Shown: piece by piece, positions 9,621-19,942 of the stretch
How positions within the stretch are numbered: position 1 is the first letter of the stretch
Layout of the letters: each line of letters begins with the position of its first letter
NCBI GenBank assembly: GCA_018062705.1
Contig: JAGORQ010000003.1
Span: 2,270-66,269, forward strand
Reading direction: 5' to 3'
Origin: Candidatus Shapirobacteria bacterium
Lineage (GTDB): Bacteria; Patescibacteriota; Microgenomatia; UBA12405
Length of the DNA stretch: 64,000 nt
Position numbers and translations under genes: made by a program
The notes under the pieces: generated by a model
What the model saw: the letters and a program-made list of their open reading frames with translations, nothing else
What the model was told of the DNA's origin: nothing
Database searches by the model: none

Positions 9621-10348
9621 TTACCGTCAGACCAGAAGATGCAATTCACAAAGCCTATTTATTTCGAGTTCTTACGGAAATTATCGACAACCCCCTACTT
9701 TCCCAGTCACTCTATTTTAAAGGCGGCACCTGTGCCTCACTTATGGGAATTCTTGATCGTTTTTCTATAGATTTAGACTTTGATCAAAAACCAGGAGTAT
9801 CCGAAGCCAGACTTCGTACCGAATTTCACCAATTATTTAAAAAGAACGACCTAACTATTAGTCAAGAAAGCCAAAAAACTCTCGAATTTTTTGTTAAATA
9901 CCAAAATACCGCCAATCAACGTAATACTTTAAAAATTGATGCCTTAAATTTTCAGGTCAAATCAAACCGTTATGCCCCATTTTTTTTAGCTGAAATTAAT
10001 CGAACAATTAATTGCCAAACTTCCGAAACTATTTTTGCCAACAAATTAGTAGCTGTAACCGACAGATACATTTTGCACCAATCAATTGCCGGTCGTGATC
10101 TTTACGATATTCATCACTTTTTTATGAACAACTTGCGTTACCTACCAGAAATTATCATCGAGAGAACTAGTCTGTCGCCCAAAAAATATTTTGAAAAATT
10201 AATTAAATTTATTAACTCTAAAATAACTCAAACTTTAATTGATCAAGATCTCAATACCCTCCTACCAACCGATAAATTTAAAACCATCCGTCGCCACCTC
10301 AAATCCGAAACTATCATGTTTCTCCAAAACGAGTTGGCCAGACACTAA
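9617..10348 (+). CDS. AbiEii/AbiGii-family nucleotidyltransferase toxin (DUF1814)
   Basis: YFKGGTCASLMGILDRFSIDLDFD motif diagnostic of DUF1814 nucleotidyltransferases. Confidence 0.7.
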   Translation: MITVRPEDAIHKAYLFRVLTEIIDNPLLSQSLYFKGGTCASLMGILDRFSIDLDFDQKPGVSEARLRTEFHQLFKKNDLTISQESQKTLEFFVKYQNTANQRNTLKIDALNFQVKSNRYAPFFLAEINRTINCQTSETIFANKLVAVTDRYILHQSIAGRDLYDIHHFFMNNLRYLPEIIIERTSLSPKKYFEKLIKFINSKITQTLIDQDLNTLLPTDKFKTIRRHLKSETIMFLQNELARH

Positions 10349-10364
10349 AAATAATGTTGGCCTA

Positions 10365-11777
10365 TTACATCATTTTGGTTGTTAAGTTTAAGTCAATATC
10401 AGCCAAACTATCATAGTCACCAACTTTCAGTGCTTTATCCATTTGCTCAATAGAATCTTTTAAAAAACCATTGAACTCTTCATTTCGAACACCATCAAGT
10501 GACTTGTTTTCATATAATCTGGCAAACTTAAACCAATCCCCCCTAACTTCAGCGTAAAAGTTGTCCAAAAAATGTGTCGCCATACCGTCCAAGCCTTTAA
10601 TTATATCCATACCATCAGTTACAGACTCCGTTTCTCTGTATTTATTAACTGCCCCAATTATCGAATGATAACCTTCTTTTATAATTCCTGCTTGCGAAGT
10701 TCTTCCTGCATTCATTCTTTTAATAGCAATTTCCTCACCCCCCAATAAATCTTCCACACCAAATCCATAATGCATAATTAAAATATCAACAATATCTTTA
10801 TCAACCTCAAACACTTTTTCTTCAGATAGATTTACTTCAATCAATCCAAGTTCGAGAGCCCTATCTTTAACTATTTTCCACCCTTTCTTGTCTGCTTCCA
10901 AAACTCGTTTTTTATTTCTATCTACTGCCTGTTTATCTGTTAACCACCCCAAAAACCAAGTCTCAGCCTCCCAATCAACCTCTGTCTCGTGCCGAAACCT
11001 CTTCATCAAATCTGCTCCCAACATCTTTTTAAATAATGTCGAACCTTTTACTTCATCACATAACACCGAGTTGCCATCTCCACTATCCATATCCACCACT
11101 TCTGCAAACTTAATCATTTTTTCCCCCAACGTTCTAATTTCATAACCCTGCAATTCAGTGCTGGCTAACTTAGCTGCTTTTTCTGCTTTAATCATTTCAA
11201 CTTCTTTTTTCTGATTTAATACTTCTTCAAAATCATTTCGCCATTTCCATATAGATATCAACCCAGACCACTCAGGCAAAAGTATCGCCCCACTATAATC
11301 AACCATTTCCATATCCGTATCATTTTCAACCAAAATTGCATCGGTTTTAACATCGACCACCGCAATTCCTGCCATATGAGCTTCGGCTATTTTTAATTTC
11401 AAAAAATTTACCAATAGCCTTGCCATTTCCGGCTCGACATTGTCAGTCATAATATTTATAGGTTTTCCATTTTCTCTTGGAACAGCAACCCCCGCCACAC
11501 TAATATCAAAAACTTTCTTACGCAACCTAGTTATTGCCGCCCCTTCAGTTGCCACACCATCAATATCACTCAATTTTAAACCCGCTTTTACTACTAAATC
11601 ATGATTCTTATCATCCTCATGCGTAGAAGCCATAAATCCAGGTGTCCCCAACCTGTCACCTTTTGGATGTTCACTTCTAAAATCTGCTACATTCAAAACC
11701 CTAGGGTCACTCATTACACCAACACCTGCCTTTCTTGCGATTAATCCATCCCATTTTCCCATCCCTAAATATAGCAT
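10365..11777 (-). CDS. hypothetical protein (470 aa)
   Basis: Long ORF, no motif I can assign. Confidence 0.45.
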   Translation of the reverse strand: MLYLGMGKWDGLIARKAGVGVMSDPRVLNVADFRSEHPKGDRLGTPGFMASTHEDDKNHDLVVKAGLKLSDIDGVATEGAAITRLRKKVFDISVAGVAVPRENGKPINIMTDNVEPEMARLLVNFLKLKIAEAHMAGIAVVDVKTDAILVENDTDMEMVDYSGAILLPEWSGLISIWKWRNDFEEVLNQKKEVEMIKAEKAAKLASTELQGYEIRTLGEKMIKFAEVVDMDSGDGNSVLCDEVKGSTLFKKMLGADLMKRFRHETEVDWEAETWFLGWLTDKQAVDRNKKRVLEADKKGWKIVKDRALELGLIEVNLSEEKVFEVDKDIVDILIMHYGFGVEDLLGGEEIAIKRMNAGRTSQAGIIKEGYHSIIGAVNKYRETESVTDGMDIIKGLDGMATHFLDNFYAEVRGDWFKFARLYENKSLDGVRNEEFNGFLKDSIEQMDKALKVGDYDSLADIDLNLTTKMM

Positions 11778-11824
11778 GATTTATTTGCCATTTTTTTGTG
11801 CTATCATAACCTCTCTTTTCCAAC

Positions 11825-13192
11825 ATGTCCAACCCTCTCGCCCCTACATTTTGTGGCATTGATTTTGGCACTTCAAACTCGTCTGTATCTATTATCAGGT
11901 CTGGCATTCCCCAAGTTGTCCCGATCGATAAACACAGTCCTCACCCTCTCATTCTCCGCTCACTGATTTATCTCAATCCAGAACATCAACAATCAGTTGG
12001 CTATGATGCTATTAATCGATATCTAACCGATCTTTCCACTTTAAAATCAGTACCACTCAGACTGGTTGAAACAAGCAAAAAGGTCAAGGTCATGACTCCG
12101 ACTGGCAGTGGTGTCATGAAAGCCGACTGGGTCCCCGAAATTATCGAGGTCGACGACAGTGGTCGTGGTCGTCTGCTTCAATCTCTCAAATCTGTTTTAA
12201 CTAGTCAACTGTTCACCGGCACCAGCATTTTTGGCAAATTTTACACTCTAGAAGAGTTGTTGACTATTTTATTAACCGAAATTAAAACCCGCGCCGAAAC
12301 CGAACTAGACCATGAATTAACCTCGGCTGTTATTGGTCGACCAGTCCGCTACGTTGGTACGGCTGAAAACAAAATTGCCCTCGACCGCATGCATCAAATT
12401 GCCCTTAAATCCGGCTTTAAGCATGTTGAGTTTGAATATGAACCGGTTGGCGCTGCCCTCAACTACGGCATTAATATTACCGATAACCAAAATATTTTAG
12501 TCTACGATTTTGGTGGTGGCACCCTCGATGTTTGTATTATGAAACTCCCCGAGAAAAAAATAATTGCCGTTTCTGGTCGTGGCATTGGTGGTGACCTACT
12601 CGACTCTCGACTCGTCAAATCTCAACTACTTCACCACTTCGGTGCTGATACAGTTATCAATGGCAAATTCACTTTTCCTCGTCATTTTTTTTCCGCCTTT
12701 GACAGTTGGTACCAAACCACTCTCCAAAAAACGATTAAAAATATTGAATCTCTCCGCACCATGTCAATCCAGTCCAATAATCCTCCACTCATTAATAATC
12801 TCATCAGTCTGATTGAAAATGATTATGGTTTTGAGTTTTTTCAATCAGTCGACACCGCCAAAATATCTTTATCAGACAATGATTCCTACGATTTCAAATT
12901 CAAACGACCATCGCTTTACTTATCTCAAATTTTAAGTCGTGCCAACTTCGAATCATCAATCGAAACTGAACTAATCGAATCAGAAAAATGTATTTTTGAA
13001 TCAATTACTCAAGCCGGACTTACCCCAGCCACAGTCGATAAAGTTATTCTCACAGGTGGCTCCTCCCAAGTCCCCATGTTTATCAACCAAATAAGGCATA
13101 TTTTTGGAGCCGATAAAATAGTTACCTCCGACCATTTTACTTCCGTCGCCTCCGGCCTGGCCCTTCGGGCACAAAATCTGTTCTCAAATTAA
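11825..13192 (+). CDS. Hsp70-family ATPase-like protein (truncated, actin-fold)
   Basis: GIDFGTSNS phosphate-1 and DFGGGTLDV phosphate-2 motifs. Confidence 0.65.
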   Translation: MSNPLAPTFCGIDFGTSNSSVSIIRSGIPQVVPIDKHSPHPLILRSLIYLNPEHQQSVGYDAINRYLTDLSTLKSVPLRLVETSKKVKVMTPTGSGVMKADWVPEIIEVDDSGRGRLLQSLKSVLTSQLFTGTSIFGKFYTLEELLTILLTEIKTRAETELDHELTSAVIGRPVRYVGTAENKIALDRMHQIALKSGFKHVEFEYEPVGAALNYGINITDNQNILVYDFGGGTLDVCIMKLPEKKIIAVSGRGIGGDLLDSRLVKSQLLHHFGADTVINGKFTFPRHFFSAFDSWYQTTLQKTIKNIESLRTMSIQSNNPPLINNLISLIENDYGFEFFQSVDTAKISLSDNDSYDFKFKRPSLYLSQILSRANFESSIETELIESEKCIFESITQAGLTPATVDKVILTGGSSQVPMFINQIRHIFGADKIVTSDHFTSVASGLALRAQNLFSN

Positions 13193-13636
13193 CCCGTCTT
13201 CGATCAACTTCGGCACCAAAAACTTTTTGGTACTCTCCGACACTACCAAATCTTTATTCTCAAAATCTGCTCGCAAAAACCACCTCATTTCCCCAATTTC
13301 ACTCGCCAGTTTTATTTTTTCAATATCAATAGTTATCAAATAACAGTCAATTTGTTGCATCCCACCATCATTTTGCAACGGCGCTTGATATTCAATATAT
13401 TTACTAAAATTTAACAACTCAATCGACAACTCTTCCATCAACTCCCTCTTTAATGTCTCCAAATCAGACTCACCATCCTCCACTCTGCCTCCTGGTGTAA
13501 AATAAAAATCTTTATAAAATCCACTATTGCCCCGCACCAATAAAATCTTTTTGTCTTGAATAATCACCGCCGACACCCTTTTTCGCTTTATTTCCATTAT
13601 CCATATTATAATATAGCTAGTGAAAAAAACTCTCAC
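13184..13636 (-). CDS. NUDIX hydrolase
   Basis: Nudix box GGRVEDGESDLETLKRELMEELSI. Confidence 0.75.
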   Translation of the reverse strand: MRVFFTSYIIIWIMEIKRKRVSAVIIQDKKILLVRGNSGFYKDFYFTPGGRVEDGESDLETLKRELMEELSIELLNFSKYIEYQAPLQNDGGMQQIDCYLITIDIEKIKLASEIGEMRWFLRADFENKDLVVSESTKKFLVPKLIEDGLI

Positions 13637-14867
13637 ACTTCTTATCCTCCACTATTTTCGAGTACTAGCCAAAGTCCAAATTTCCAAGGTTAAGCTGCTT
13701 CAAAAAATCGAAGGCAAAACGCTAACCATTGTCGGCATTACTGGTTCGGCCGGTAAATCCTCCACCCTCTCTGCCTGCGAAGCTGTTCTTAAAGATTATT
13801 TTAATGTCAAAACTAATGGTGGTAGTAATTCTGAAACCGGCATTCCTTTTAGCATTCTCGGTATCAAGGCCACATCATACTCCCCAATAGACTGGCTAAA
13901 ATACACCTTACTCGCACTCATCAAACTCATAACTAACTGGCAATCATACGATATTTTTTTGCTTGAAATGGGCATTGACGAACCTGATGAACCCAAAAAC
14001 ATGTCCTACCTCCTAAAAATAGTCCGACCAACGATTGGTATTTTTCTCAATGTAAATTTAGTTCATTCACAGCAATTCGACAAAACTATATCCCAAAACA
14101 TCACTGGCGATCAAAGACAGCCATTAATTTTAAAAAACATCGGCCAAGAAAAAGCTAATCTAATTAACTCGCTTCCCTCAACTGGCCATGCTCTCATCAA
14201 TTCTCAGGATCCAATTGTTTCCTCGACCACTCAAATAACTCTTGCCAAAAAAACTGAACTCAAGCCAATCCATGTTGATCTAAAAAAATACGCTCCCCCA
14301 AAATCGTTTGACGTTTCTGTTTCTGCCGCTATCAATTTAGCCAACATTTTTAAAATAGATAAATCGAAGGCCATTCATTCACTCCAAAAAAACCTGGTTC
14401 TGCCACCTAGCCGGTCAAGTGTTTTTAAGGGGATTAGCAATTCCACCATTATTGATAGTAGCTATAACTCCTCCCCACTTGCCTGTTCCGAAATGCTCGA
14501 TGTGTTATCAAAATACCCCTCGCCCAAAATCGCCATTCTTGGTGATATGCGCGAGCTCGGTCTCCAATCAAAATCCGCTCACGAAAAAATTTACCAAAAA
14601 GCCCTCAAATCAGCCGACACGATAATTAGTGTTGGGGTTGAAACTAGACAATATTTTGGCGCCAAAGCCATCAAATTTACCGACTGGTCTGAAGCTAACG
14701 AATACATCAAACAGAATCTAAAGCCCAATTCCACTATACTTATCAAAGGTTCTCAAAACACCATTTACTTGGAAGAAATAGTTAAGTCACTTTTACAAAA
14801 TCCCGCCGACGCATCACTAATTTGTCGTCAATCCCCCTACTGGCAAAAAGTTAAGTCAACCCTCTAA
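13620..14867 (+). CDS. Mur ligase family protein (MurF-like)
   Basis: IVGITGSAGKSST ATP-binding motif of Mur ligases; GTG start. Confidence 0.6.
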   Translation: MKKTLTLLILHYFRVLAKVQISKVKLLQKIEGKTLTIVGITGSAGKSSTLSACEAVLKDYFNVKTNGGSNSETGIPFSILGIKATSYSPIDWLKYTLLALIKLITNWQSYDIFLLEMGIDEPDEPKNMSYLLKIVRPTIGIFLNVNLVHSQQFDKTISQNITGDQRQPLILKNIGQEKANLINSLPSTGHALINSQDPIVSSTTQITLAKKTELKPIHVDLKKYAPPKSFDVSVSAAINLANIFKIDKSKAIHSLQKNLVLPPSRSSVFKGISNSTIIDSSYNSSPLACSEMLDVLSKYPSPKIAILGDMRELGLQSKSAHEKIYQKALKSADTIISVGVETRQYFGAKAIKFTDWSEANEYIKQNLKPNSTILIKGSQNTIYLEEIVKSLLQNPADASLICRQSPYWQKVKSTL

Positions 14868-14969
14868 TTTTTTATCAAAAATCACCAAATTATCGGATAA
14901 TATGCTACAATAATTGCCTTTGGTGTTTGAAAACAAGACCAACACCTGGAATAATGATTACTGTCATAG

Positions 14970-15641
14970 ATGTTCAAAAATCTAAAAAAACAATTGTTTC
15001 CTAAAAACGAAAGTTTAGAATCAATCTTTCTTGAATACCCAAACGTCTTCAATTACTCTCCTACTGCCAGCATTCAGTATGCTACTAAAGCTTTCACTTA
15101 CATCAATCTAAATCTAGAAATTATTGCCTCCGACCCAAAAAAAAGACAAATCGTCGTTGATAAATTACTTTCTGAAACTAATAATTATTCCGATATTGAT
15201 TATATCTGCGGTATTGAAAGCGGCGGGTCTTACTTTGCCTCAGCAATAGCCGACAGACATCAAAAAAAACTAATTATGCTTCGTCGAAGAGAGAAAATTG
15301 AAAACAACAATCTCTCTCGCTTAGTTGGCCAGTTTCCACCTGCAGGAAGTCGCATATGCCTAATTGATGATGTACTGTCAACCGGCTTAACCTTATTCCA
15401 AGCCAAAAAATTTTTTACAGACATTGGTTGCTCGGTAATTGAAGCCAAAATTATATATAGTTACGGCTTCGAAAAAGCTATTAGTCGTGAGTTGGATCTT
15501 AAAATCAGTGTTATCTCAAATTATAACAACCTTATTAAGATTGCACTTGAAAAAAAGATACTCACCACAAAAGATACCCTAAAACTAAACCGATACATTA
15601 GCTCTTTCAAACAATACTTGACTCGAAAAAAGATTATTTAG
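14970..15641 (+). CDS. phosphoribosyltransferase family protein (type I PRTase)
   Basis: PRPP-binding motif ICLIDDVLSTGLT. Confidence 0.55.
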   Translation: MFKNLKKQLFPKNESLESIFLEYPNVFNYSPTASIQYATKAFTYINLNLEIIASDPKKRQIVVDKLLSETNNYSDIDYICGIESGGSYFASAIADRHQKKLIMLRRREKIENNNLSRLVGQFPPAGSRICLIDDVLSTGLTLFQAKKFFTDIGCSVIEAKIIYSYGFEKAISRELDLKISVISNYNNLIKIALEKKILTTKDTLKLNRYISSFKQYLTRKKII

Positions 15642-15643
15642 AA

Positions 15644-16219
15644 CTAGGTATAATCTTTATCTTTCTTCATTTCCTTTTCAATCAGATCCCGTAAAAATAC
15701 GGAGCGTGGGATCATTCTTTTCTTTGCCACCCAGTCCAAATAAGACAAAATTCTTGGGCTGACAAAAAAGTTGAAACGTACATCAATTATCTTTCTTGCT
15801 TGTTCCAATGCCTCCGTCAACTTTGGCATCAAATTTGATTCGTCATATTCAATCCAAATGACCTTATTATTCTGTATTCCAGTAAAAAGTATCGGCTCAT
15901 GGTCTGCTGTATGTAAAACAATTACCGGCTTTCCCTTTTCGAGAGCAACGGTAATTTCATGACCTATGTGTAAAGTTGAGGGGAAAGATGCTTCAAAAAC
16001 ACAGATATCAGCCTTTTCAATATTTTTCAACATCGTTCTGTATAGACCCAATCTATCATTCTTTGATAAAGAGCTGTATGCACCTGATGGTGATTTAAGT
16101 CTACCGTTGTCAGTAACTTTATATTCCGACTTAACCAACACTTTCATTATATTTTCATAGTTAACCCCAAACTTTTCTCGATAGGCTCTAGGTGCTGAAA
16201 AATATAGTTTCATAGCCAA
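15644..16219 (-). CDS. hypothetical protein, possible ribbon-helix-helix C-terminus
   Basis: C-terminal RSVFLRDLIEKEM resembles RHH antitoxin-like tails. Confidence 0.35.
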   Translation of the reverse strand: MAMKLYFSAPRAYREKFGVNYENIMKVLVKSEYKVTDNGRLKSPSGAYSSLSKNDRLGLYRTMLKNIEKADICVFEASFPSTLHIGHEITVALEKGKPVIVLHTADHEPILFTGIQNNKVIWIEYDESNLMPKLTEALEQARKIIDVRFNFFVSPRILSYLDWVAKKRMIPRSVFLRDLIEKEMKKDKDYT

Positions 16220-17245
16220 TTATCTCAAATTATCAGCAAAAAATCCAATATCCCTCTCCACCGCCTCTTTCCACCCCTTCGTCAAATTATGATCACTTCC
16301 TTCATACACATCCAGTGTGGCATCTTTATCCAGACTTTTTAATTTAGTTACCACTTTTTCCTGCCAACTAAGCTTGACCTGATCATCAATCGTCCCCTGC
16401 TGAATTAATATTGGCGCATTTATCCATTGATAATAATTTTCAAACGCATATCGCCGGGCATCATAATGCTTCTCAAAATCCTCCATTATTTGTTTTATTG
16501 GGCTATCAACATCAATGGTTGACAACACACTGTCCGGAAACGGTTGGGTCATTGGCGCCCACAATACAGCAGGATACTTTTCTCCAGTAATTTCCAACAC
16601 CGACAACACAATCTGCCCACCATTACTATGTGCCCAAATTCCAATTTTAGTTTTATCTACCCAGGGCAATTGCTTAACTGCATTAATTAAATCAAGTACT
16701 TCCGCCACTTTGTGAAATCTAGCCTCAAGTGGATCAATGGATTCTCCATCCGAATTTCCATATCCCAAAAAATCCAAACTAACCGTGGCATAACCTGCCT
16801 CAGCCAATTTGTCCGCTACTCGCCAACTCCCCGACCCCGGGTAATACCCCGCCTTTTCCGCATACCCCCGAACCATTATTATTACTGGCGTCAAGCTGTT
16901 TTTTTCAGGAAAATAATTGATCATTCCCGACACTTTTTTACCATCACTCTCAAAGCTAATTTCTCGTGTATCAAATTGACGGTCATACTTCAACTTTTGT
17001 TGCTTTCTCCGATCTTCTACAGGCTTTAAGTTTCCCAATATTTTAAAATTTCCTGCAGATTGCAGTTTGTAGATTGAAGATTGCCGTAGACTATCAAAAT
17101 CGTACCTCAGCAAACTTTGCTCAATCTTTTCTTTTTCTTCCCCCTTTGGATCCATCCACCCTCTCGGCCAAAAATAATACCCCACCGCCACCAATATGGT
17201 TGCCACTCCAATTCCTATTAACCATTTGCCTAAACTTTTTCTCAC
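16220..17245 (-). CDS. alpha/beta hydrolase (membrane-anchored)
   Basis: N-terminal TM helix, GIWAHSNGG nucleophile-elbow-like motif; in-frame heptamer insert at 17056-17085. Confidence 0.55.
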   Translation of the reverse strand: MRKSLGKWLIGIGVATILVAVGYYFWPRGWMDPKGEEKEKIEQSLLRYDFDSLRQSSIYKLQSAGNFKILGNLKPVEDRRKQQKLKYDRQFDTREISFESDGKKVSGMINYFPEKNSLTPVIIMVRGYAEKAGYYPGSGSWRVADKLAEAGYATVSLDFLGYGNSDGESIDPLEARFHKVAEVLDLINAVKQLPWVDKTKIGIWAHSNGGQIVLSVLEITGEKYPAVLWAPMTQPFPDSVLSTIDVDSPIKQIMEDFEKHYDARRYAFENYYQWINAPILIQQGTIDDQVKLSWQEKVVTKLKSLDKDATLDVYEGSDHNLTKGWKEAVERDIGFFADNLR

Positions 17246-17263
17246 TACTCATTTTACCCCAAA

Positions 17264-17626
17264 CTAATCTACCAGTTCTAATCCAGGCACTCGCTCAAAA
17301 TGTTTCCGATTTAATGTCCACAGTTTTCCTCTTCCTTCAACACAACTGCTAGCAATTAGTAGATCTTTTTCATCAATTGGACTTTGTCTTAATAGTATTT
17401 TTAATTTTGTATATATTCTAGCTGTTTGTAATCCTATATCTACCAAATTTACTTTATTTATCTTCAACCATATTTCCCAATCATCAAGGCTTTTTCCAAT
17501 TCGCAAAAACCCATACCCAACTTCAGCATAAACAGTTGCATTTATCCAATACTCATCTTTTTGATTCAACAAAATTCTCTCTTTTATTTTTTCTATAATT
17601 ACACAAGAGTCTAAAAATATTTTCAT
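17264..17626 (-). CDS. PIN-domain toxin (VapC-like)
   Basis: MKIFLDSCVII N-terminus, about 120 aa, 4-bp overlap with upstream Phd-like gene. Confidence 0.65.
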   Translation of the reverse strand: MKIFLDSCVIIEKIKERILLNQKDEYWINATVYAEVGYGFLRIGKSLDDWEIWLKINKVNLVDIGLQTARIYTKLKILLRQSPIDEKDLLIASSCVEGRGKLWTLNRKHFERVPGLELVD

Positions 17627-17853
17627 CTATCAAAATCCATTTTAAACGATTCTCTAAATTCTTTCATCCCTGCTTCGATTCCATCAATTTCTTCATCGGT
17701 CAAATTAAATTCATAGTCATTAAACACTGGTGAAATAATTACAGCCGGTTTTTTGCCCCGATTAACAGTCACCTTAATTCTTTTACTAATCACATCATCC
17801 ATTAGTTTTCCAAAGTTGTTTTTGGCATACGTCGCCGTTACTGTTGTCATCAT
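17623..17853 (-). CDS. Phd/YefM-family antitoxin
   Basis: TATYAKNNFGKLMDDV...VNRGKKPAVIIS pattern. Confidence 0.7.
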   Translation of the reverse strand: MMTTVTATYAKNNFGKLMDDVISKRIKVTVNRGKKPAVIISPVFNDYEFNLTDEEIDGIEAGMKEFRESFKMDFDR

Positions 17854-17883
17854 TAGCTATTTTAGCTAATTTAGCTAAAGCTG

Positions 17884-18159
17884 TCAAACAATTTTTGATT
17901 CTTTATCCATCCTCTCACTCAAATATATCTTCATCAGCGATTGGTAAGGTACATCTTTTTTATTGGCAGTTTGCTTAATTCTGGCCAACAAACTCACTGG
18001 CAACCTTAAAGAAATTGAGACAGTTGACGGTTTTAGGTTAGGGAAAATAGCTTTCTCTGCCTTTGACCAATCAACATAATCAGTCGAATCATGAGTCGCC
18101 CAAAAGTCTCTTTCCTCGTCTTCATTTTTAAATATTGGTATTTTCTTAAACTTTTTCAT
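17884..18159 (-). CDS. BrnA-family antitoxin
   Basis: FKNEDEERDFWATHDSTDYVDWSKA...ISLRLP...VPYQSLMKIYL signature. Confidence 0.75.
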   Translation of the reverse strand: MKKFKKIPIFKNEDEERDFWATHDSTDYVDWSKAEKAIFPNLKPSTVSISLRLPVSLLARIKQTANKKDVPYQSLMKIYLSERMDKESKIV

Positions 18160-18439
18160 AATTATTTTTCTCCTTTTTATTCATATCTCTAATAGAAATA
18201 ATTCTAATTTTTTCATCTCTTTTGGTAAAAGAGACAAAAAGCAACCGACTTTGATTTGTTTTTCCCAGACCTTTGTACCTTTGTTCTCTTTCTGAATGAA
18301 TAATGTCTAAAGCTATTATCAGAGGTTCATTACTAAAAACCTCCTCAGCCTCCTGATTAGTTACATTATGTCTAATAAAATTTTTATCAATATTTCCTTC
18401 ATCCCACTCAAATAATATAGGTTCAGGAATTATTTTCAT
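18146..18439 (-). CDS. BrnT-family toxin (DUF497)
   Basis: FEWDEGN...HNVTNQEAEEVF...IRIISIRD signature; overlaps BrnA start. Confidence 0.75.
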   Translation of the reverse strand: MKIIPEPILFEWDEGNIDKNFIRHNVTNQEAEEVFSNEPLIIALDIIHSEREQRYKGLGKTNQSRLLFVSFTKRDEKIRIISIRDMNKKEKNNYEKV

Positions 18440-18504
18440 TCTAAATTAGTATATTACTCCAATATACATTTGTCAATAAATCAAACTATTCCACTTTTTT
18501 CAAA

Positions 18505-18650
18505 ACTCTGTTATAATCACACCTGTCCTACCGAAGACAGCCGGTTTTCTGAAAAGATATAAATCCCGCCGAGGCCAAAACTAGATTCTTTTATCTACGC
18601 CTCGAATTTCGAGGCTATTTCGTTTTTAAATTTTAAATTTTTAAATTTAA
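18505..18650 (+). promoter_or_regulatory. putative rplJ leader with strong hairpin GCCTCGAATTTCGAGGC
   Basis: Structured region directly upstream of rplJ; perfect 8-bp stem at about 18600-18617. Confidence 0.3.
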
Positions 18651-18655
18651 TAAAA

Positions 18656-19174
18656 ATGCCATCTATCGCTAAAACAAAAAGTATCAACAAGGTTGATGAA
18701 GTTGTCGTCAAATTAACCGACTCCAAATCAGCTGCCCTAATCCAATATCAAGGTCTAACCGCTGCTGACGTCGCTTCCCTCCGTGCCAATGTCAAAAAAA
18801 CTGGTGGTGAGCTTGAAGTTGTCAAAAATACTCTTATTCACCGCGCCCTTCTCAAGCTCGGTATTTCTCTTCCCCAAACCCTAACTGGTCCCACCGCTAT
18901 TGCCTACAGCAATACCGACGAAATTGCTCCACTCAAGGAAATTGACTCTGTCAACAAAGCCAAAGAAAAAACCTTTTTCAAATACGGTATTTACGACAAA
19001 AAACTTTTGTCTGCTGACGAACTCAAAGCTTTCCTATCGCTTCCTTCTAAATCTACCCTCATTGCCCAACTTATTGGCGGTTTGAAGAATCCTCTTCAAA
19101 GAATGGTCTATGCCATGCGCTACAACCAAACCAAGCTGGTCATGACCCTTAAAGCCATATCGGAAAAAATTTAA
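18656..19174 (+). CDS. rplJ: 50S ribosomal protein L10
   Basis: Canonical L10 sequence, followed by rplL. Confidence 0.9.
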   Translation: MPSIAKTKSINKVDEVVVKLTDSKSAALIQYQGLTAADVASLRANVKKTGGELEVVKNTLIHRALLKLGISLPQTLTGPTAIAYSNTDEIAPLKEIDSVNKAKEKTFFKYGIYDKKLLSADELKAFLSLPSKSTLIAQLIGGLKNPLQRMVYAMRYNQTKLVMTLKAISEKI

Positions 19175-19333
19175 CCATTTAACCATTTTTCATTTATCAA
19201 AAAACCAAAATATCAAATCAATGATAAATGGTTCTCAAATATCCTTATATACACTGAGAAATTAAATTTCCTCTTTGAATAAGTTTATTCTAATAGTCTT
19301 TTATAAATTATTAATTAATTTTTTTATAAAAAT

Positions 19334-19711
19334 ATGGATAAAAAATTAGAAAAAATCCTAACCGACATTTCTGAACTTTCAGTTCTCGAATTGTCCGAAC
19401 TCGTTAAAGCTCTCGAAGAAAAATTCGATGTCAAAGCTGTCGCTATGGCTGCTGCTCCAGCCGCTGGTGCCGCCGCTGCCGCTCCTGTTGCCGAAGAGAA
19501 GACCGAATTTGATGTTGTCATCAGCAATGCTGGCACCAACAAAATCGCCGTCATCAAAGTCGTCCGCGAATTCAAACCAGAACTTGGTTTGAAAGAAGCT
19601 AAAGACATGGTTGATGCTGCTCCAGCCAACCTCGGTACCATGAAAAAAGACGCCGCCAACGATGCTAAGACCAAACTCGAAGCTGCAGGCGCCACCGTCG
19701 AACTCAAATAA
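19334..19711 (+). CDS. rplL: 50S ribosomal protein L7/L12
   Basis: Ala-rich hinge, C-terminal KEAKDMVD...AGATVELK. Confidence 0.95.
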   Translation: MDKKLEKILTDISELSVLELSELVKALEEKFDVKAVAMAAAPAAGAAAAAPVAEEKTEFDVVISNAGTNKIAVIKVVREFKPELGLKEAKDMVDAAPANLGTMKKDAANDAKTKLEAAGATVELK

Positions 19712-19732
19712 GAGAAACATTTCTTTTAAACT

Positions 19733-19762
19733 AAAACCCCCGCCTCCGCGGGGGATTTTTTT
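19733..19762 (+). terminator. rho-independent terminator after rplL
   Basis: CCCCCGC-ctcc-GCGGGGG hairpin followed by T7. Confidence 0.75.
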
Positions 19763-19774
19763 ACAACACTCCAA

Positions 19775-19942
19775 TTACTCTCTTGCTTTATATTCAGCCT
19801 CTGTCCACAATTCAACCGACGAATAACACTTTGCATCACCATCTTTCGTGGTGACATAAACATCATTACCGTCAATACGACTAATAACACACCTTTTGAG
19901 CGTTGCCTTGTGATAAACGATATCACCTAAATTTAGATTCAT
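19775..19942 (-). CDS. small hypothetical protein (55 aa), below track size cutoff
   Basis: ATG..TAA minus-strand ORF MNLNLGDIVYHKATLKRC...; low-complexity-free. Confidence 0.25.
   Translation of the reverse strand: MNLNLGDIVYHKATLKRCVISRIDGNDVYVTTKDGDAKCYSSVELWTEAEYKARE

Noticed and set aside
19324-19774. Antisense ORFs (127 and 131 aa) opposite rplL
   Set aside because: Products are low-complexity Ala/Ser/Gly runs mirroring the L7/L12 Ala-rich hinge; the rplL call is unambiguous.
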